Shown: positions 38,135 through 47,276 of the stretch, piece after piece | How positions within the stretch are numbered: the stretch's first letter is position 1 | How the letters are laid out: each line of letters opens with the position of its first letter | Source: an uncultured Bacilli bacterium | GTDB taxonomy: Bacteria > Bacillota_I > Bacilli_A > RF39 > UBA660 | Assembly: GCA_944336815.1 (NCBI GenBank) | Contig: CALVLG010000001.1 | Span: forward strand, 1-49,683 | DNA: 49,683 bases | Reading direction: 5' to 3' | The notes under the pieces: generated by a model | The model's input: the letters and a program-made list of their open reading frames with translations, nothing else | Told to the model about the DNA's origin: nothing | Databases searched by the model: none | Translations under genes and position numbers: made by a program

Positions 38135-38674
38135 ATGAGTAGAATAGGAAAAAGAAAATTACAAATCCCAACTGGTGTTGAAGCTAGTTTAAATGAAAAC
38201 GTTTTAACTGTTAAAAGTAATAAAGGAACTTTAACCTTAACAGTTGATCCTTTAATTGAAGTTGTTATAGCAGATGGCTCTATTGAAACAAAGAAACGTG
38301 AAGATACACCAAGAGCTAATGTTGTTCAAGGAACCATGAACTCACTTATTAACAATATGTTAATTGGTGTTAGTACTGGTTATAAAAAAGGTCTTGAAAT
38401 TATTGGTGTAGGTTACCGTTTCAATGTTCAAGGTAATAAATTAAATATTAATGCTGGTTTTTCACATCCTGTGGTTATTGAAGCACCAGAAGGAATTCAA
38501 ATTGCTTCTGTAAGTACAACAGAAATCAGTATTGAAGGTATTGATAAACAAAAAGTATCTGAATTTGCGGCAAAGATTCGGGAAATAAGAAGTCCAGAAC
38601 CATATAAAGGTAAAGGAATTCGTTATAAAGACGAACATGTACGTCGTAAAGAAGGAAAGAAAGCGGCTAAGTAG
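38135..38674 (+). CDS. rplF: 50S ribosomal protein L6
   Basis: [15 protein letters not shown]... Confidence 0.96.
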   Translation: MSRIGKRKLQIPTGVEASLNENVLTVKSNKGTLTLTVDPLIEVVIADGSIETKKREDTPRANVVQGTMNSLINNMLIGVSTGYKKGLEIIGVGYRFNVQGNKLNINAGFSHPVVIEAPEGIQIASVSTTEISIEGIDKQKVSEFAAKIREIRSPEPYKGKGIRYKDEHVRRKEGKKAAK

Positions 38675-38682
38675 GTGATAAT

Positions 38683-39036
38683 ATGATAAAGAAAGAATCA
38701 AGAAATGTAATGCGTGAAAGACGTCATGCAAGAGTTCGTAAAACTGTTTCTGGAACAAGCGAGTATCCAAGATTAAATGTTTTCCGTTCTAATAAAGAAA
38801 TTTATGCACAAGTTATTGATGATGTTAAGGGTACTACTTTAGTTAGCTCTTCTTCTAAAATCTTAAAAGTTAATGGCGGTAATATTGAAGGTGCGAAAGC
38901 AGTTGGAAAAGACATCGCTTTAAAATGTAAAAAGGCAAAAATAGAAAAAGTCGTTTTTGATAGAGGTGGTTATCTTTATCATGGACGTGTTGCCGCTTTA
39001 GCTGAGGCTGCACGTGAAAACGGCTTAGAGATATAG
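38683..39036 (+). CDS. rplR: 50S ribosomal protein L18
   Basis: [32 protein letters not shown]. Confidence 0.95.
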   Translation: MIKKESRNVMRERRHARVRKTVSGTSEYPRLNVFRSNKEIYAQVIDDVKGTTLVSSSSKILKVNGGNIEGAKAVGKDIALKCKKAKIEKVVFDRGGYLYHGRVAALAEAARENGLEI

Positions 39037-39048
39037 GAGGAAACGGTT

Positions 39049-39555
39049 ATGGCTAGAACACAAAATAATGATGCAAGAAAAAAACTTTTAGAAGAAAAAG
39101 TTATTAATCTTAGTCGAGTTACAAAAGTTACAAAAGGTGGTAGACATTTTCGTTTCTCTGCAACTGTTGTTGTTGGTAACCGTAAAGGTTTAGTTGGTAT
39201 TGGAACTGGCAAAGCTAATGAAGTTAATGATGCTATTTCTAAGGCAAGTAAAGCTGCTAATAAAAACGTTGTTCGAGTTGCTATTCAAGAAGGAAGAACT
39301 ATTCCACATGAAGCAACAGGTAAAATTGGTCGAGCAGTTGTTTTAATTAAACCGGCTGTAGCTGGTAAAGGAGTTATTGCTGGTGGTGCAGCTCGGGCTG
39401 TTTTGGAACTTGCTGGTGTTAAAGATATTATTTCTAAAAGTTTAGGAAGTAATTCACAAGTTAATGTTGCTAAAGCAACTTTAGAAGCTTTAAAATCTGT
39501 TCGTACTCCAGCTAAGATTGCAGCTTTACGTGGTAAGAAAGTTGAGGAGTTGTAA
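39049..39555 (+). CDS. rpsE: 30S ribosomal protein S5
   Basis: [27 protein letters not shown]. Confidence 0.96.
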   Translation: MARTQNNDARKKLLEEKVINLSRVTKVTKGGRHFRFSATVVVGNRKGLVGIGTGKANEVNDAISKASKAANKNVVRVAIQEGRTIPHEATGKIGRAVVLIKPAVAGKGVIAGGAARAVLELAGVKDIISKSLGSNSQVNVAKATLEALKSVRTPAKIAALRGKKVEEL

Positions 39556-39556
39556 G

Positions 39557-40000
39557 ATGAGATTAGAGAGTTTACCTAAAACAAAAGAACTTAAAAACGT
39601 AAAACGTGTTGGACGTGGTCCAGGATCTGGAATGGGCAAAACTTCAACTCATGGTGAAAATGGCCAAAAAGCAAGAAGTGGCGCTAGTATTTCTGCTTGG
39701 TTTCAAGGTGGTCAATCTCCTTTATATAGAAGAATTCCTAAAAGAGGTTTTAAAAATACACGTTTTGCAACAAAATACGCAGTTATCAATTTAAGTGATT
39801 TAGATAAGTACTTTAAAGATGGTGATGTTGTAACACCAGAAATTTTAAAGGAAAGAGGAATCATTAAAAAACAATTAGATGGCGTGAAAGTTTTAGCTAA
39901 TGGGACATTAACTAAAAAATTGACTGTTAAAGCAGATCGTTTTTCAAGTGTTGCTGTTACTAAAATTGAAAATGCAGGTGGAAAAACTGAGGTGATTTAA
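39557..40000 (+). CDS. rplO: 50S ribosomal protein L15
   Basis: MRLESLPK...RVGRGPGSGMGKTS. ATG at 39557 is 1 nt after the rpsE stop, so there is no room for rpmD. Confidence 0.93.
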   Translation: MRLESLPKTKELKNVKRVGRGPGSGMGKTSTHGENGQKARSGASISAWFQGGQSPLYRRIPKRGFKNTRFATKYAVINLSDLDKYFKDGDVVTPEILKERGIIKKQLDGVKVLANGTLTKKLTVKADRFSSVAVTKIENAGGKTEVI

Positions 40001-40001
40001 G

Positions 40002-41273
40002 ATGGCTACTGGGTCACTCAAGTTATTTTCTAAAGAAGCCAAAGATTTAAGAAAGAGAATTATGTTCACTTTATTTGTTCTAGGCATTTATGCATTGGGA
40101 ACTGGAATTACGATTGTATGGGCAGCTCCTTGGCTTGGTACTTTATTTAGTGAACTTGATTTTCTAGGTGTTTTTAATTTAATGAGTGGTGGGGGTTTTG
40201 AAAGGTTTGCAATCTTTGGCCTTGGCGTAACCCCTTACATCAACGCATCTATTGTTACACAGTTATTAACAATGGATATTATTCCTTATTTTAAGGAACT
40301 TAAAGAACAAGGATATGTCGGAAGACAAAAAATTAATCGGATTACAAGATATTTAGGAATTTTCCTAGCATTTGTCCAATCTTATGTTTTAACCGTTTTC
40401 TTATTACGAGTTAGTGATGTAAGTATGATTTTAAAAATAACTTTAGTTATGACTGCTGGTACTTCTTTTCTTTTATGGTTAGGAGATCAGATTACAGCTA
40501 AAGGTATTGGTAATGGTCAATCTTTACTTATTATGGCTAGTATCGTTTTAAGTTTACCGGCCGTATTTACGGGAGCTTTTGATGTATTTATTGGCTCTGG
40601 TACTTATGCTAGTTGGGTAGGAATTATTTTCTTTGCTGCTTATCTAATTATGTACTTACTTGTAATTATAGGTATAGTTTGGATAACGCTTGCAGAACGA
40701 AGAATTCCGATTCAATATGCTAATAAAACCGTAAGTGCATATCGCGAAAAACAGTCTTATTTACCACTTCGTATTAATTATGCGGGGGTTATGCCTGTTA
40801 TTTTTGCTTCAATGCTTCTTACTATTCCATCAATTGTTGTGACAATTATTGGTAATCAAGATGCGATTAATTTTGTAAATAATTATATTATGTATACATC
40901 TGTTCCAGGCTTTATTTTATATATTGCTTTAATTGTATTCTTTAGTTATTTTTATACTTTTATGGCAATGAATCCTGAAGAAATGAGTAAAGACTTAAAT
41001 AAGAGTGGAGCTTATATTCCTGGTGTAAGACCTGGGGCAGAAACAACAAAATACATTAGTAATGTTGTTGGAAGACTTACTTTGGTTGGTTCTTTGTTCA
41101 TCGCTATTTTAGCTGGTATGCCAATTTTAATTTCTAATTTAACTGGTTTACCACAAAATGTTGCAATTGGTGGAACAGGAATCTTAATCGTTGTCGGTGT
41201 GGCAATTGAAACTTATAAACAAATTCAAAGTGGACTTGTTTCGCGGAAGTATTCAAATAGGAGAAGAAATTAG
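40002..41273 (+). CDS. secY: Preprotein translocase subunit SecY
   Basis: 423 aa, 10-TM profile. FGLGVTPYINASIV and GIGNGQSLLI motifs. Confidence 0.96.
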   Translation: MATGSLKLFSKEAKDLRKRIMFTLFVLGIYALGTGITIVWAAPWLGTLFSELDFLGVFNLMSGGGFERFAIFGLGVTPYINASIVTQLLTMDIIPYFKELKEQGYVGRQKINRITRYLGIFLAFVQSYVLTVFLLRVSDVSMILKITLVMTAGTSFLLWLGDQITAKGIGNGQSLLIMASIVLSLPAVFTGAFDVFIGSGTYASWVGIIFFAAYLIMYLLVIIGIVWITLAERRIPIQYANKTVSAYREKQSYLPLRINYAGVMPVIFASMLLTIPSIVVTIIGNQDAINFVNNYIMYTSVPGFILYIALIVFFSYFYTFMAMNPEEMSKDLNKSGAYIPGVRPGAETTKYISNVVGRLTLVGSLFIAILAGMPILISNLTGLPQNVAIGGTGILIVVGVAIETYKQIQSGLVSRKYSNRRRN

Positions 41274-41905
41274 TGAAAAGCGTCATATTTCTTGCTCCTC
41301 CTGCCGCTGGCAAGGGCACATATAGCAAGTTTTTAGAAGATAAATATGGTTATCAACATATTTCAACGGGCGATTTATTAAGAGAAAAGGCTTTAACAGA
41401 TGAAAGTGTTAAGAGGCGATTACAAAGTGGAATGCTATTTTCTGATGATGAAGTAATGACTCTTTTTAAAGAAAGATTAGCAAAATATCCTCATCATACT
41501 TTGTTTGTTTTTGATGGTATTCCTAGAACCCTTAATCAAGCTCAAATAATGGATACTTTTTTACCTAAAGATTATATTGTAATATATCTTGATGTACAAA
41601 AAGATGTCCTTTTAGAAAGAGTACTGGGACGGATTATTTGTCCTAAGTGTCATCGTAGTTATCATGAAGTTTTTGCCAATTTTAAACCAAAAATAGCTAA
41701 CGTTTGTGATAATTGTGGTGTTTCTTTAGAAAAAAGAGTAGATGATAAAGAAGAAACATTTTTAAAAAGATATGAAGAATACATTGCAAAAACAGAACCT
41801 TTGTTAGATTATTATCAAAATAAAGGGAAGTTATTTCTTTTAAAAAATGAAGATGTTGCTTTAGAAGAATTAGAAAGTTTGATAGGAGGGGCTAATGACA
41901 ATTAA
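41273..41905 (+). CDS. adk: Adenylate kinase (Zn-lid type)
   Basis: P-loop APPAAGKGT and STGDLLRE. The lid is CPKCHRSYH...CDNCG. The GTG start overlaps the secY stop by 1 nt. Confidence 0.93.
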   Translation: MKSVIFLAPPAAGKGTYSKFLEDKYGYQHISTGDLLREKALTDESVKRRLQSGMLFSDDEVMTLFKERLAKYPHHTLFVFDGIPRTLNQAQIMDTFLPKDYIVIYLDVQKDVLLERVLGRIICPKCHRSYHEVFANFKPKIANVCDNCGVSLEKRVDDKEETFLKRYEEYIAKTEPLLDYYQNKGKLFLLKNEDVALEELESLIGGANDN

Positions 41906-42638
41906 AAGTGCGAGGGAAATAAAACTAATGAAAGAAGCTGGCCATATAAATTATCTAGCTCATAAAGAGATGGAAAAATATATGAAACCAGGAATTACAA
42001 CTAAAGAAATTGATAAACATATTTATGATTTTGTAACAAAGATGGGAGGTTATCCTTCATGTCTTGGTTATGAAGGGTTTCCAGGAAGTGCGTGTATAAG
42101 TATTAACGATGAAGTTGTTCACGGAATTCCCGGAAATAGAAAATTAAAAAATGGGGATATTGTTAAACTTGATTTTACGGTGCGTAAAGCTGGATATGAA
42201 AGTGACATGACTAGAACCTATTTAGTTGGGGAAGTAGAACCACGAATTAAAGAAATGGTTATTGATACAGAAAAATCTTTATATGAAGGGTTGAAAGTTA
42301 TTAAACCAGGTGCTAGAATAGGGGATATTGGACATGCGATTAGTAGTTATGCTCATGCTCATGGCTTAAGTGTTGTTGAAGAACTTGTTGGTCATGGGAT
42401 TGGGACAGATATGCACGAAGAACCAGATGTTCCTAATTATGGGGAAGCTAATACTGGTTTAGTTTTAAAAGAAGGCATGGTTTTAGCAATTGAACCAATG
42501 CTTAATTTAGGCAGTAAAGAAGTTATGATGCTTGATGATGATTGGACAGTAGTAACAGCTGATGGAAGTCCATCGGCGCATTTTGAACATACCGTTTGTG
42601 TAACAAAAGACGGATATGAAATTTTAACGGGAGAATAG
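41895..42638 (+). CDS. map: Methionine aminopeptidase type I
   Basis: [14 protein letters not shown]..., HGIP, and the metal ligands D..D...H...E...E (VGHGIG, EPM). Confidence 0.95.
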   Translation: MTIKSAREIKLMKEAGHINYLAHKEMEKYMKPGITTKEIDKHIYDFVTKMGGYPSCLGYEGFPGSACISINDEVVHGIPGNRKLKNGDIVKLDFTVRKAGYESDMTRTYLVGEVEPRIKEMVIDTEKSLYEGLKVIKPGARIGDIGHAISSYAHAHGLSVVEELVGHGIGTDMHEEPDVPNYGEANTGLVLKEGMVLAIEPMLNLGSKEVMMLDDDWTVVTADGSPSAHFEHTVCVTKDGYEILTGE

Positions 42639-42643
42639 AAAAT

Positions 42644-42931
42644 ATGGCGAAAAAGAATGATCGAAAGAGCAATTTGCAAAGTAAAGACGTTGTAAAACAA
42701 AGACCAGTTAATAATACGCGGTCTGATAAGATTGAAGTAGAAGGTAAAGTTGTTGATGTTTTAAAAGGCGGAGATTATATCGTTGAACTTCAAAATGGTT
42801 ATACTGTAGAAGCCTACGTTTCTGGTAAAATGCGAGTAAATATGATTCGTATTTTACCGGGTGATACGGTTACCATTGAACTTTCTCCTTATGATTTAAC
42901 ACGTGGGCGTATTGTATGGAATAAAAGGTAA
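42644..42931 (+). CDS. infA: Translation initiation factor IF-1 (with N-terminal basic extension)
   Basis: S1-like core [32 protein letters not shown]...[21 protein letters not shown]. Confidence 0.9.
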   Translation: MAKKNDRKSNLQSKDVVKQRPVNNTRSDKIEVEGKVVDVLKGGDYIVELQNGYTVEAYVSGKMRVNMIRILPGDTVTIELSPYDLTRGRIVWNKR

Positions 42932-42944
42932 TGGAGGTAATATT

Positions 42945-43061
42945 ATGAAAGTTAGACCATCAGTAAAAAAGATTTGTAAAAAATGTAAACTTATTAAAAG
43001 AAATGGAAAAGTTATGGTTATTTGTGAGAATCCAAAACACAAACAAACCCAAGGTAAATAA
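42945..43061 (+). CDS. rpmJ: 50S ribosomal protein L36 (zinc-binding form)
   Basis: Not in the ORF track because it is too short. It reads [38 protein letters not shown] (38 aa) after GGAGG. Confidence 0.93.
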   Translation: MKVRPSVKKICKKCKLIKRNGKVMVICENPKHKQTQGK

Positions 43062-43079
43062 GGAGCGTGAATTAAGAAA

Positions 43080-43454
43080 ATGGCAAGAATTAAAAATATT
43101 GAATTACCAAATGAAAAACATGTATGTATTGGTTTAACAGCTATTTATGGAATCGGAAGACCTTTAGCAAAAACGATTTGTGAAAATGCTGGTGTAGATT
43201 CTTCAAAAAAAGTTAAAGATTTAACTGATGAAGAAATTCAAAAATTACGTAAAGAAATTGATAATCACACAGTTGAAGGTGATTTAAGACGTGACGTACA
43301 AATGAGTATTAAAGAAAAGATGGAAATCAATTCTTATCAAGGTATTCGTCATAAAAAAGGATTACCTGTTCGTGGTCAAAGAACAAGTAGAAATGCTAGA
43401 ACTCGTAAGGGTAAAGGTAAAGTTGTAGCTAATAAGAAAAAAGCAGGTAAATAG
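43080..43454 (+). CDS. rpsM: 30S ribosomal protein S13
   Basis: [15 protein letters not shown]...YGIG. Confidence 0.96.
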   Translation: MARIKNIELPNEKHVCIGLTAIYGIGRPLAKTICENAGVDSSKKVKDLTDEEIQKLRKEIDNHTVEGDLRRDVQMSIKEKMEINSYQGIRHKKGLPVRGQRTSRNARTRKGKGKVVANKKKAGK

Positions 43455-43467
43455 GAGGTAAGTAAGT

Positions 43468-43851
43468 ATGGCATATAATAGAAGAAAAAGAAAAGTTAAA
43501 AAGAATGTTCCTGAAGCAGTAGCACATATTCATTCTACTTACAATAATACAATTGTAACAATTACTGATAAAGAAGGTAATGTTCTTAGCTGGGCAAGTG
43601 CTGGTACGATTGGGTATAAAGGTTCTAAAAAGAAAACTCCTTTTGCGGCTGGTACAAGTGCTGAAGCTGCTGGTCGTGCAGCTTTAGATTGTGGTGTTAA
43701 AAAAGTAGAAGTTCATGTTAAAGGTTTAGGATCAGGAAGAGAAAATGCAATTCGTCAATTACAAGCTGTTGGCCTAGAAGTTACTAGTATCGTTGATGAA
43801 ACACCTATTCCACATAATGGATGTCGGCCACCAAAAAGACCAAGAAATTAG
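43468..43851 (+). CDS. rpsK: 30S ribosomal protein S11
   Basis: [18 protein letters not shown] and [15 protein letters not shown]. Confidence 0.96.
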   Translation: MAYNRRKRKVKKNVPEAVAHIHSTYNNTIVTITDKEGNVLSWASAGTIGYKGSKKKTPFAAGTSAEAAGRAALDCGVKKVEVHVKGLGSGRENAIRQLQAVGLEVTSIVDETPIPHNGCRPPKRPRN

Positions 43852-43871
43852 AATAGGGGAGAGGGTTATAT

Positions 43872-44816
43872 ATGATTAAATTTGAAAAACCAGATTATAA
43901 GATTACAGAATATCAAGATAGTAATCATTATGGAAAATTTGAATTAGAACCACTTGAAAGAGGTTTTGGAACAACTATTGGAACGGCTTTACGTCGGGTT
44001 ATGCTATCAAGTATGCCTGGATGTGCAATTACAACGGTTAAAATTGAAGGAGTTCTTCATGAATTCCAAAAGATTGATGGCGTATACGAAGATGTTACAA
44101 CAATTGTTTTAAATTTAAAAAATGTTGTTTTGAAAAATCATACTGAAGAAGCTAAAACAATGCATTTAGTAGCTAATACACCAGGACCTGTTACAGCTGG
44201 AATGATTGAACATGATGCTGATATTGAAATTGTTAATCCTGACTTTGTTATTTGTAATTTAGTTGAAGGCGGTAAAATCGACATGACTTTAACTTGCAAT
44301 AATGGTAAGGGTTATGTTGATTCAAAAGAAAATCAAAAGCTTTTTGCTGAAGATAAACCAGGTGTTATTGCAATTGATTCATTATATAGTCCGGTAGCAA
44401 GAGTAGCTGTTGATGTTGAAGGAGCTCGAGTTGGACATAATGAAAATTTTGATAAATTAATTATGGAAGTTGAAACAAACGGAAGTATTACACCTGAAGA
44501 ATGTATGGCTTTAGCAGCTAAAATATTAATTGAACATTTTTCAATCGTTGCTGACATCAATTCTATTAGTGATGTAGCTGGTTTAATGAGTGAAAAGAAA
44601 GTTGATACTATTACCAAAACTTTAGAAACTCCTATTGAAGAAATTGAATTTTCTGTACGGGCTTATAATTGCTTAAAAAGAGCTGGTATTCATACAGTTC
44701 AAGATTTAATCAATAAAAAAGAAAACGAAGTTACAAAAATTCGTAACTTAGGTAAAAAATCATTAAAAGAAGTATTAGATAAAGTAGAAGAAATGGGACT
44801 TAAGTTCCGCGAATAA
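43872..44816 (+). CDS. rpoA: DNA-directed RNA polymerase subunit alpha
   Basis: GKFELEPLERGFGTTIGTALRRVMLSS. The C-terminal domain has EFSVRAYNCLKRAGIHTVQDL. Confidence 0.96.
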   Translation: MIKFEKPDYKITEYQDSNHYGKFELEPLERGFGTTIGTALRRVMLSSMPGCAITTVKIEGVLHEFQKIDGVYEDVTTIVLNLKNVVLKNHTEEAKTMHLVANTPGPVTAGMIEHDADIEIVNPDFVICNLVEGGKIDMTLTCNNGKGYVDSKENQKLFAEDKPGVIAIDSLYSPVARVAVDVEGARVGHNENFDKLIMEVETNGSITPEECMALAAKILIEHFSIVADINSISDVAGLMSEKKVDTITKTLETPIEEIEFSVRAYNCLKRAGIHTVQDLINKKENEVTKIRNLGKKSLKEVLDKVEEMGLKFRE

Positions 44817-44830
44817 GGAGGTATTTAAAA

Positions 44831-45172
44831 ATGGCTTATAGAAAATTAAGTAGAGATTCGAAGAAAAGAAGAAGTATTCTAGCTGGACTTACAAAAACTG
44901 TTATTTTAAATGGCAGTGTAGTGACAACAGAAGCTCGCGCAAAAGAAGTTCGTAAATTTGTTGATAAGTTAATTACCTATGGTAAAAGAGGAACTTTAGT
45001 TTCTCGGAGAAAAGCATTAGCTTTTGTTCATAACGATAATGAAGTAGTTAGTAAAGTATTTAATGAACTTGCTAGTAAATATCAAGATCGTAATGGTGGA
45101 TATACAAGAATTATTAAAATTACGGAACGTGTTGGCGATGATGCTTTACAAGTACGTTTAGAATTAGTGTAA
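44831..45172 (+). CDS. rplQ: 50S ribosomal protein L17
   Basis: MAYRKLSRDSKKRRS... and GGYTRIIK. Confidence 0.95.
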   Translation: MAYRKLSRDSKKRRSILAGLTKTVILNGSVVTTEARAKEVRKFVDKLITYGKRGTLVSRRKALAFVHNDNEVVSKVFNELASKYQDRNGGYTRIIKITERVGDDALQVRLELV

Positions 45173-45173
45173 G

Positions 45174-45198
45174 CTCAAGAGAAATCTTGAGTTTTTTT
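45174..45198 (+). terminator. Rho-independent terminator ending the alpha operon
   Basis: CTCAAGA-GAAA-TCTTGAG followed by T7. Confidence 0.7.
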
Positions 45199-45244
45199 CA
45201 TTTAAGTATGATATAATACTTGCAGAAATTTTAAGGAGTTAGGA

Positions 45245-45799
45245 ATGAATACATTATTAATTGATACCCATGATAGGGAGCTTTTGCTAGCTATATATAA
45301 AGATGAAAAATTAAAATGGAAAAAAGAAATTAAAGAACAACTTGATCATAGCACTGTTTGTATGCCTTCGTTAGTTGCTTTACTTAATGAGGCTTCTTTA
45401 ACAATTCATGATATAAATGATATTGTTGTGGTAAATGGGCCAGGTTCTTTTACCGGGGTTCGTTTAGGTGTTACGATTGCTAAAATCCTTTCTTATACTT
45501 TACAGATTCCGATTCGTTCAATAACAAGTTTAGAATTATATGAATATCCTTCAGATGCTATTTATGGTGTTTTAAAAGAAAAGAATGGTTATTATGTGGC
45601 ACAGCGAAAAAATGAAATGTTTGATTTTTATAATTATTTAAAAAAAGATGAATTTTCTTCTTGGAGTAAGAATAAGAACTTTGCTTATGGGGAAGTTATT
45701 GATTATGAAAATTTGGTTAAAAAGGCTCATTTAAAAGAAGCTGAAAATGCCCATACTGTTAATCCTTTTTATGTTAAGAAAATCGGGGTTCAAGAATGA
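45245..45799 (+). CDS. tsaB: tRNA t6A37 biosynthesis protein TsaB (YeaZ)
   Basis: LLIDTHDRELLLAIYKD... and GPGSFTGVRLGVTIAK. A TGaTATAAT extended -10 at 45209-45217 lies upstream. Confidence 0.85.
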   Translation: MNTLLIDTHDRELLLAIYKDEKLKWKKEIKEQLDHSTVCMPSLVALLNEASLTIHDINDIVVVNGPGSFTGVRLGVTIAKILSYTLQIPIRSITSLELYEYPSDAIYGVLKEKNGYYVAQRKNEMFDFYNYLKKDEFSSWSKNKNFAYGEVIDYENLVKKAHLKEAENAHTVNPFYVKKIGVQE

Positions 45800-46224
45800 T
45801 TAGAACAGCTAAAGTGACTGATTTAGATACTATTTATAAGATGGGAAGGGCTTTACATGATAATTATAAACAAACTTATGATTTGGAAAGTTTATTAACA
45901 AAAGATTATTTTCATCTTTTAGTATATGAAAAAGATAATCAAGTAATTGGTTTTTTAGCTTATTCTTTATTAATTGATTCAGTTGATATTTTAGATATTT
46001 ATGTTGATAAAGAATATCGTCAGCAAAAAATCGCATCTTTATTAATTGATTATATGATTTCAATGGTAGATCCTAAAACTTCTTTTTTGTTAGAAGTTGC
46101 GGTGGATAATTTGCCAGCTATTTCCTTGTATGAAAAATTTGGTTTTAAGGTTATTCATACCCGGAAAAAATATTATGGTCAAAAAGATGCTTATGTAATG
46201 GAAAGAGAGGCTTTAAATGAGTAA
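45796..46224 (+). CDS. rimI: GNAT N-acetyltransferase, RimI-like
   Basis: GNAT motif A context (YVDKEYRQQKIASLLI) and LYEKFGFKV. It sits in the canonical position between tsaB and tsaD. Confidence 0.8.
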   Translation: MIRTAKVTDLDTIYKMGRALHDNYKQTYDLESLLTKDYFHLLVYEKDNQVIGFLAYSLLIDSVDILDIYVDKEYRQQKIASLLIDYMISMVDPKTSFLLEVAVDNLPAISLYEKFGFKVIHTRKKYYGQKDAYVMEREALNE

Positions 46225-47251
46225 AGATGTTTATATTTTAGCGATAGAAACTTCTTGTGATGAAACTTCTATGGCTATTGTTAAAAATGGGCAAGATGTT
46301 GTTTCTTTATGTATTTCGACTCAGATGAAAGAACATGCTAAATTTGGGGGTGTTGTGCCTGAACTGGCTAGTCGAATGCATACGGAAAATATTACTTATG
46401 TTTTAGAAGAAACATTAAAGAAAAGTCCAATAAAAATAGAAGATGTTGATGCTATTGCAGTTACTTATGCTCCAGGGTTATTAGGGAGTTTATTAGTCGG
46501 GGTGGAATGTGCAAAAGCCCTTTCTTTGGTATACAACAAACCTCTAATCGCGGTTAATCATACCATGGGACATATTTATGCTAATAATATTGAAAATGAT
46601 CTTGTTTATCCAACTCTTTCATTAGTTGTAAGTGGGGGGCATACGGATTTGCTGATTTTAAAAAATGAACAAGACATGGAAATACTTGGAAGTACAATTG
46701 ATGATTCTGTTGGCGAAGTTTTTGATAAAGTTGCTCGGGTTTTGGGAATGTCTTATCCAGGTGGGCCTAATATTGAAAAAGCTGCTTTGCAAGGAAAAAA
46801 GACTTATGAGATGCCAATAATGATGAATGATGATAGTTATAATTTTAGTTTTAGCGGGTTAAAAAGTTATGTGATTAATCTTGTACATACGGAAAAAGTT
46901 CGGAATCATGAAATACGGATTGATGATTTAGCTTATTCTTTTCAAGCAGCAGCAATTGATGAATTAGTTCGAAAAGTTGAATTAGCTTTAAAAAAGACTA
47001 ATATTAAAGAGCTTATTTTAGCTGGTGGTGTTTCGGCTAATAAGATGTTACGTGAAGAAATGCAAAAAGTTTGTGATAAATATGAAGCAAAATTTCATGT
47101 GCCAAATATTTTATATTGTACAGATAATGCAGCAATGATTGGGTGTGCAGCTTATCCACTTTATAAAGCAAAGAAGTTTGCCTCATTTGCTTTGAATGCC
47201 AAAAGTCAAGAAAATATTCAAAAGTATATTGAAGATAATATAAAAAACTGA
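46217..47251 (+). CDS. tsaD: tRNA N6-adenosine threonylcarbamoyltransferase TsaD
   Basis: ILAIETSCDETS, HTMGHIYA, VSGGHT and AGGVSAN motifs. Confidence 0.95.
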   Translation: MSKDVYILAIETSCDETSMAIVKNGQDVVSLCISTQMKEHAKFGGVVPELASRMHTENITYVLEETLKKSPIKIEDVDAIAVTYAPGLLGSLLVGVECAKALSLVYNKPLIAVNHTMGHIYANNIENDLVYPTLSLVVSGGHTDLLILKNEQDMEILGSTIDDSVGEVFDKVARVLGMSYPGGPNIEKAALQGKKTYEMPIMMNDDSYNFSFSGLKSYVINLVHTEKVRNHEIRIDDLAYSFQAAAIDELVRKVELALKKTNIKELILAGGVSANKMLREEMQKVCDKYEAKFHVPNILYCTDNAAMIGCAAYPLYKAKKFASFALNAKSQENIQKYIEDNIKN

Positions 47252-47276
47252 GTTAAAATTTTACTCAGTCTTTTTT
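47248..47276. terminator. Bidirectional terminator between convergent tsaD and the LCP gene
   Basis: CTGAGT-(9 nt)-ACTCAG hairpin flanked by A6 on the left and T6 on the right. Confidence 0.6.

Noticed and set aside
39606-39794. 62-aa + strand ORF inside rplO. Many other short ORFs are nested or antisense in known genes, for example 905..1087, 2492..2734, 3156..3404, 4864..5235, 6731..6913, 10812..11048, 14143..14382, 17075..17347, 20917..21174, 22543..22755, 26401..26664, 28275..28763, 30370..30552, 31635..32462, 34453..35448, 36318..36509, 38462..39212, 41134..41328, 42437..42700, 44333..44617, 45830..46063 and 48929..49114.
   Set aside because: All are embedded in, or antisense to, ORFs with clear homology-type motifs. 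None has an RBS or a recognisable domain.
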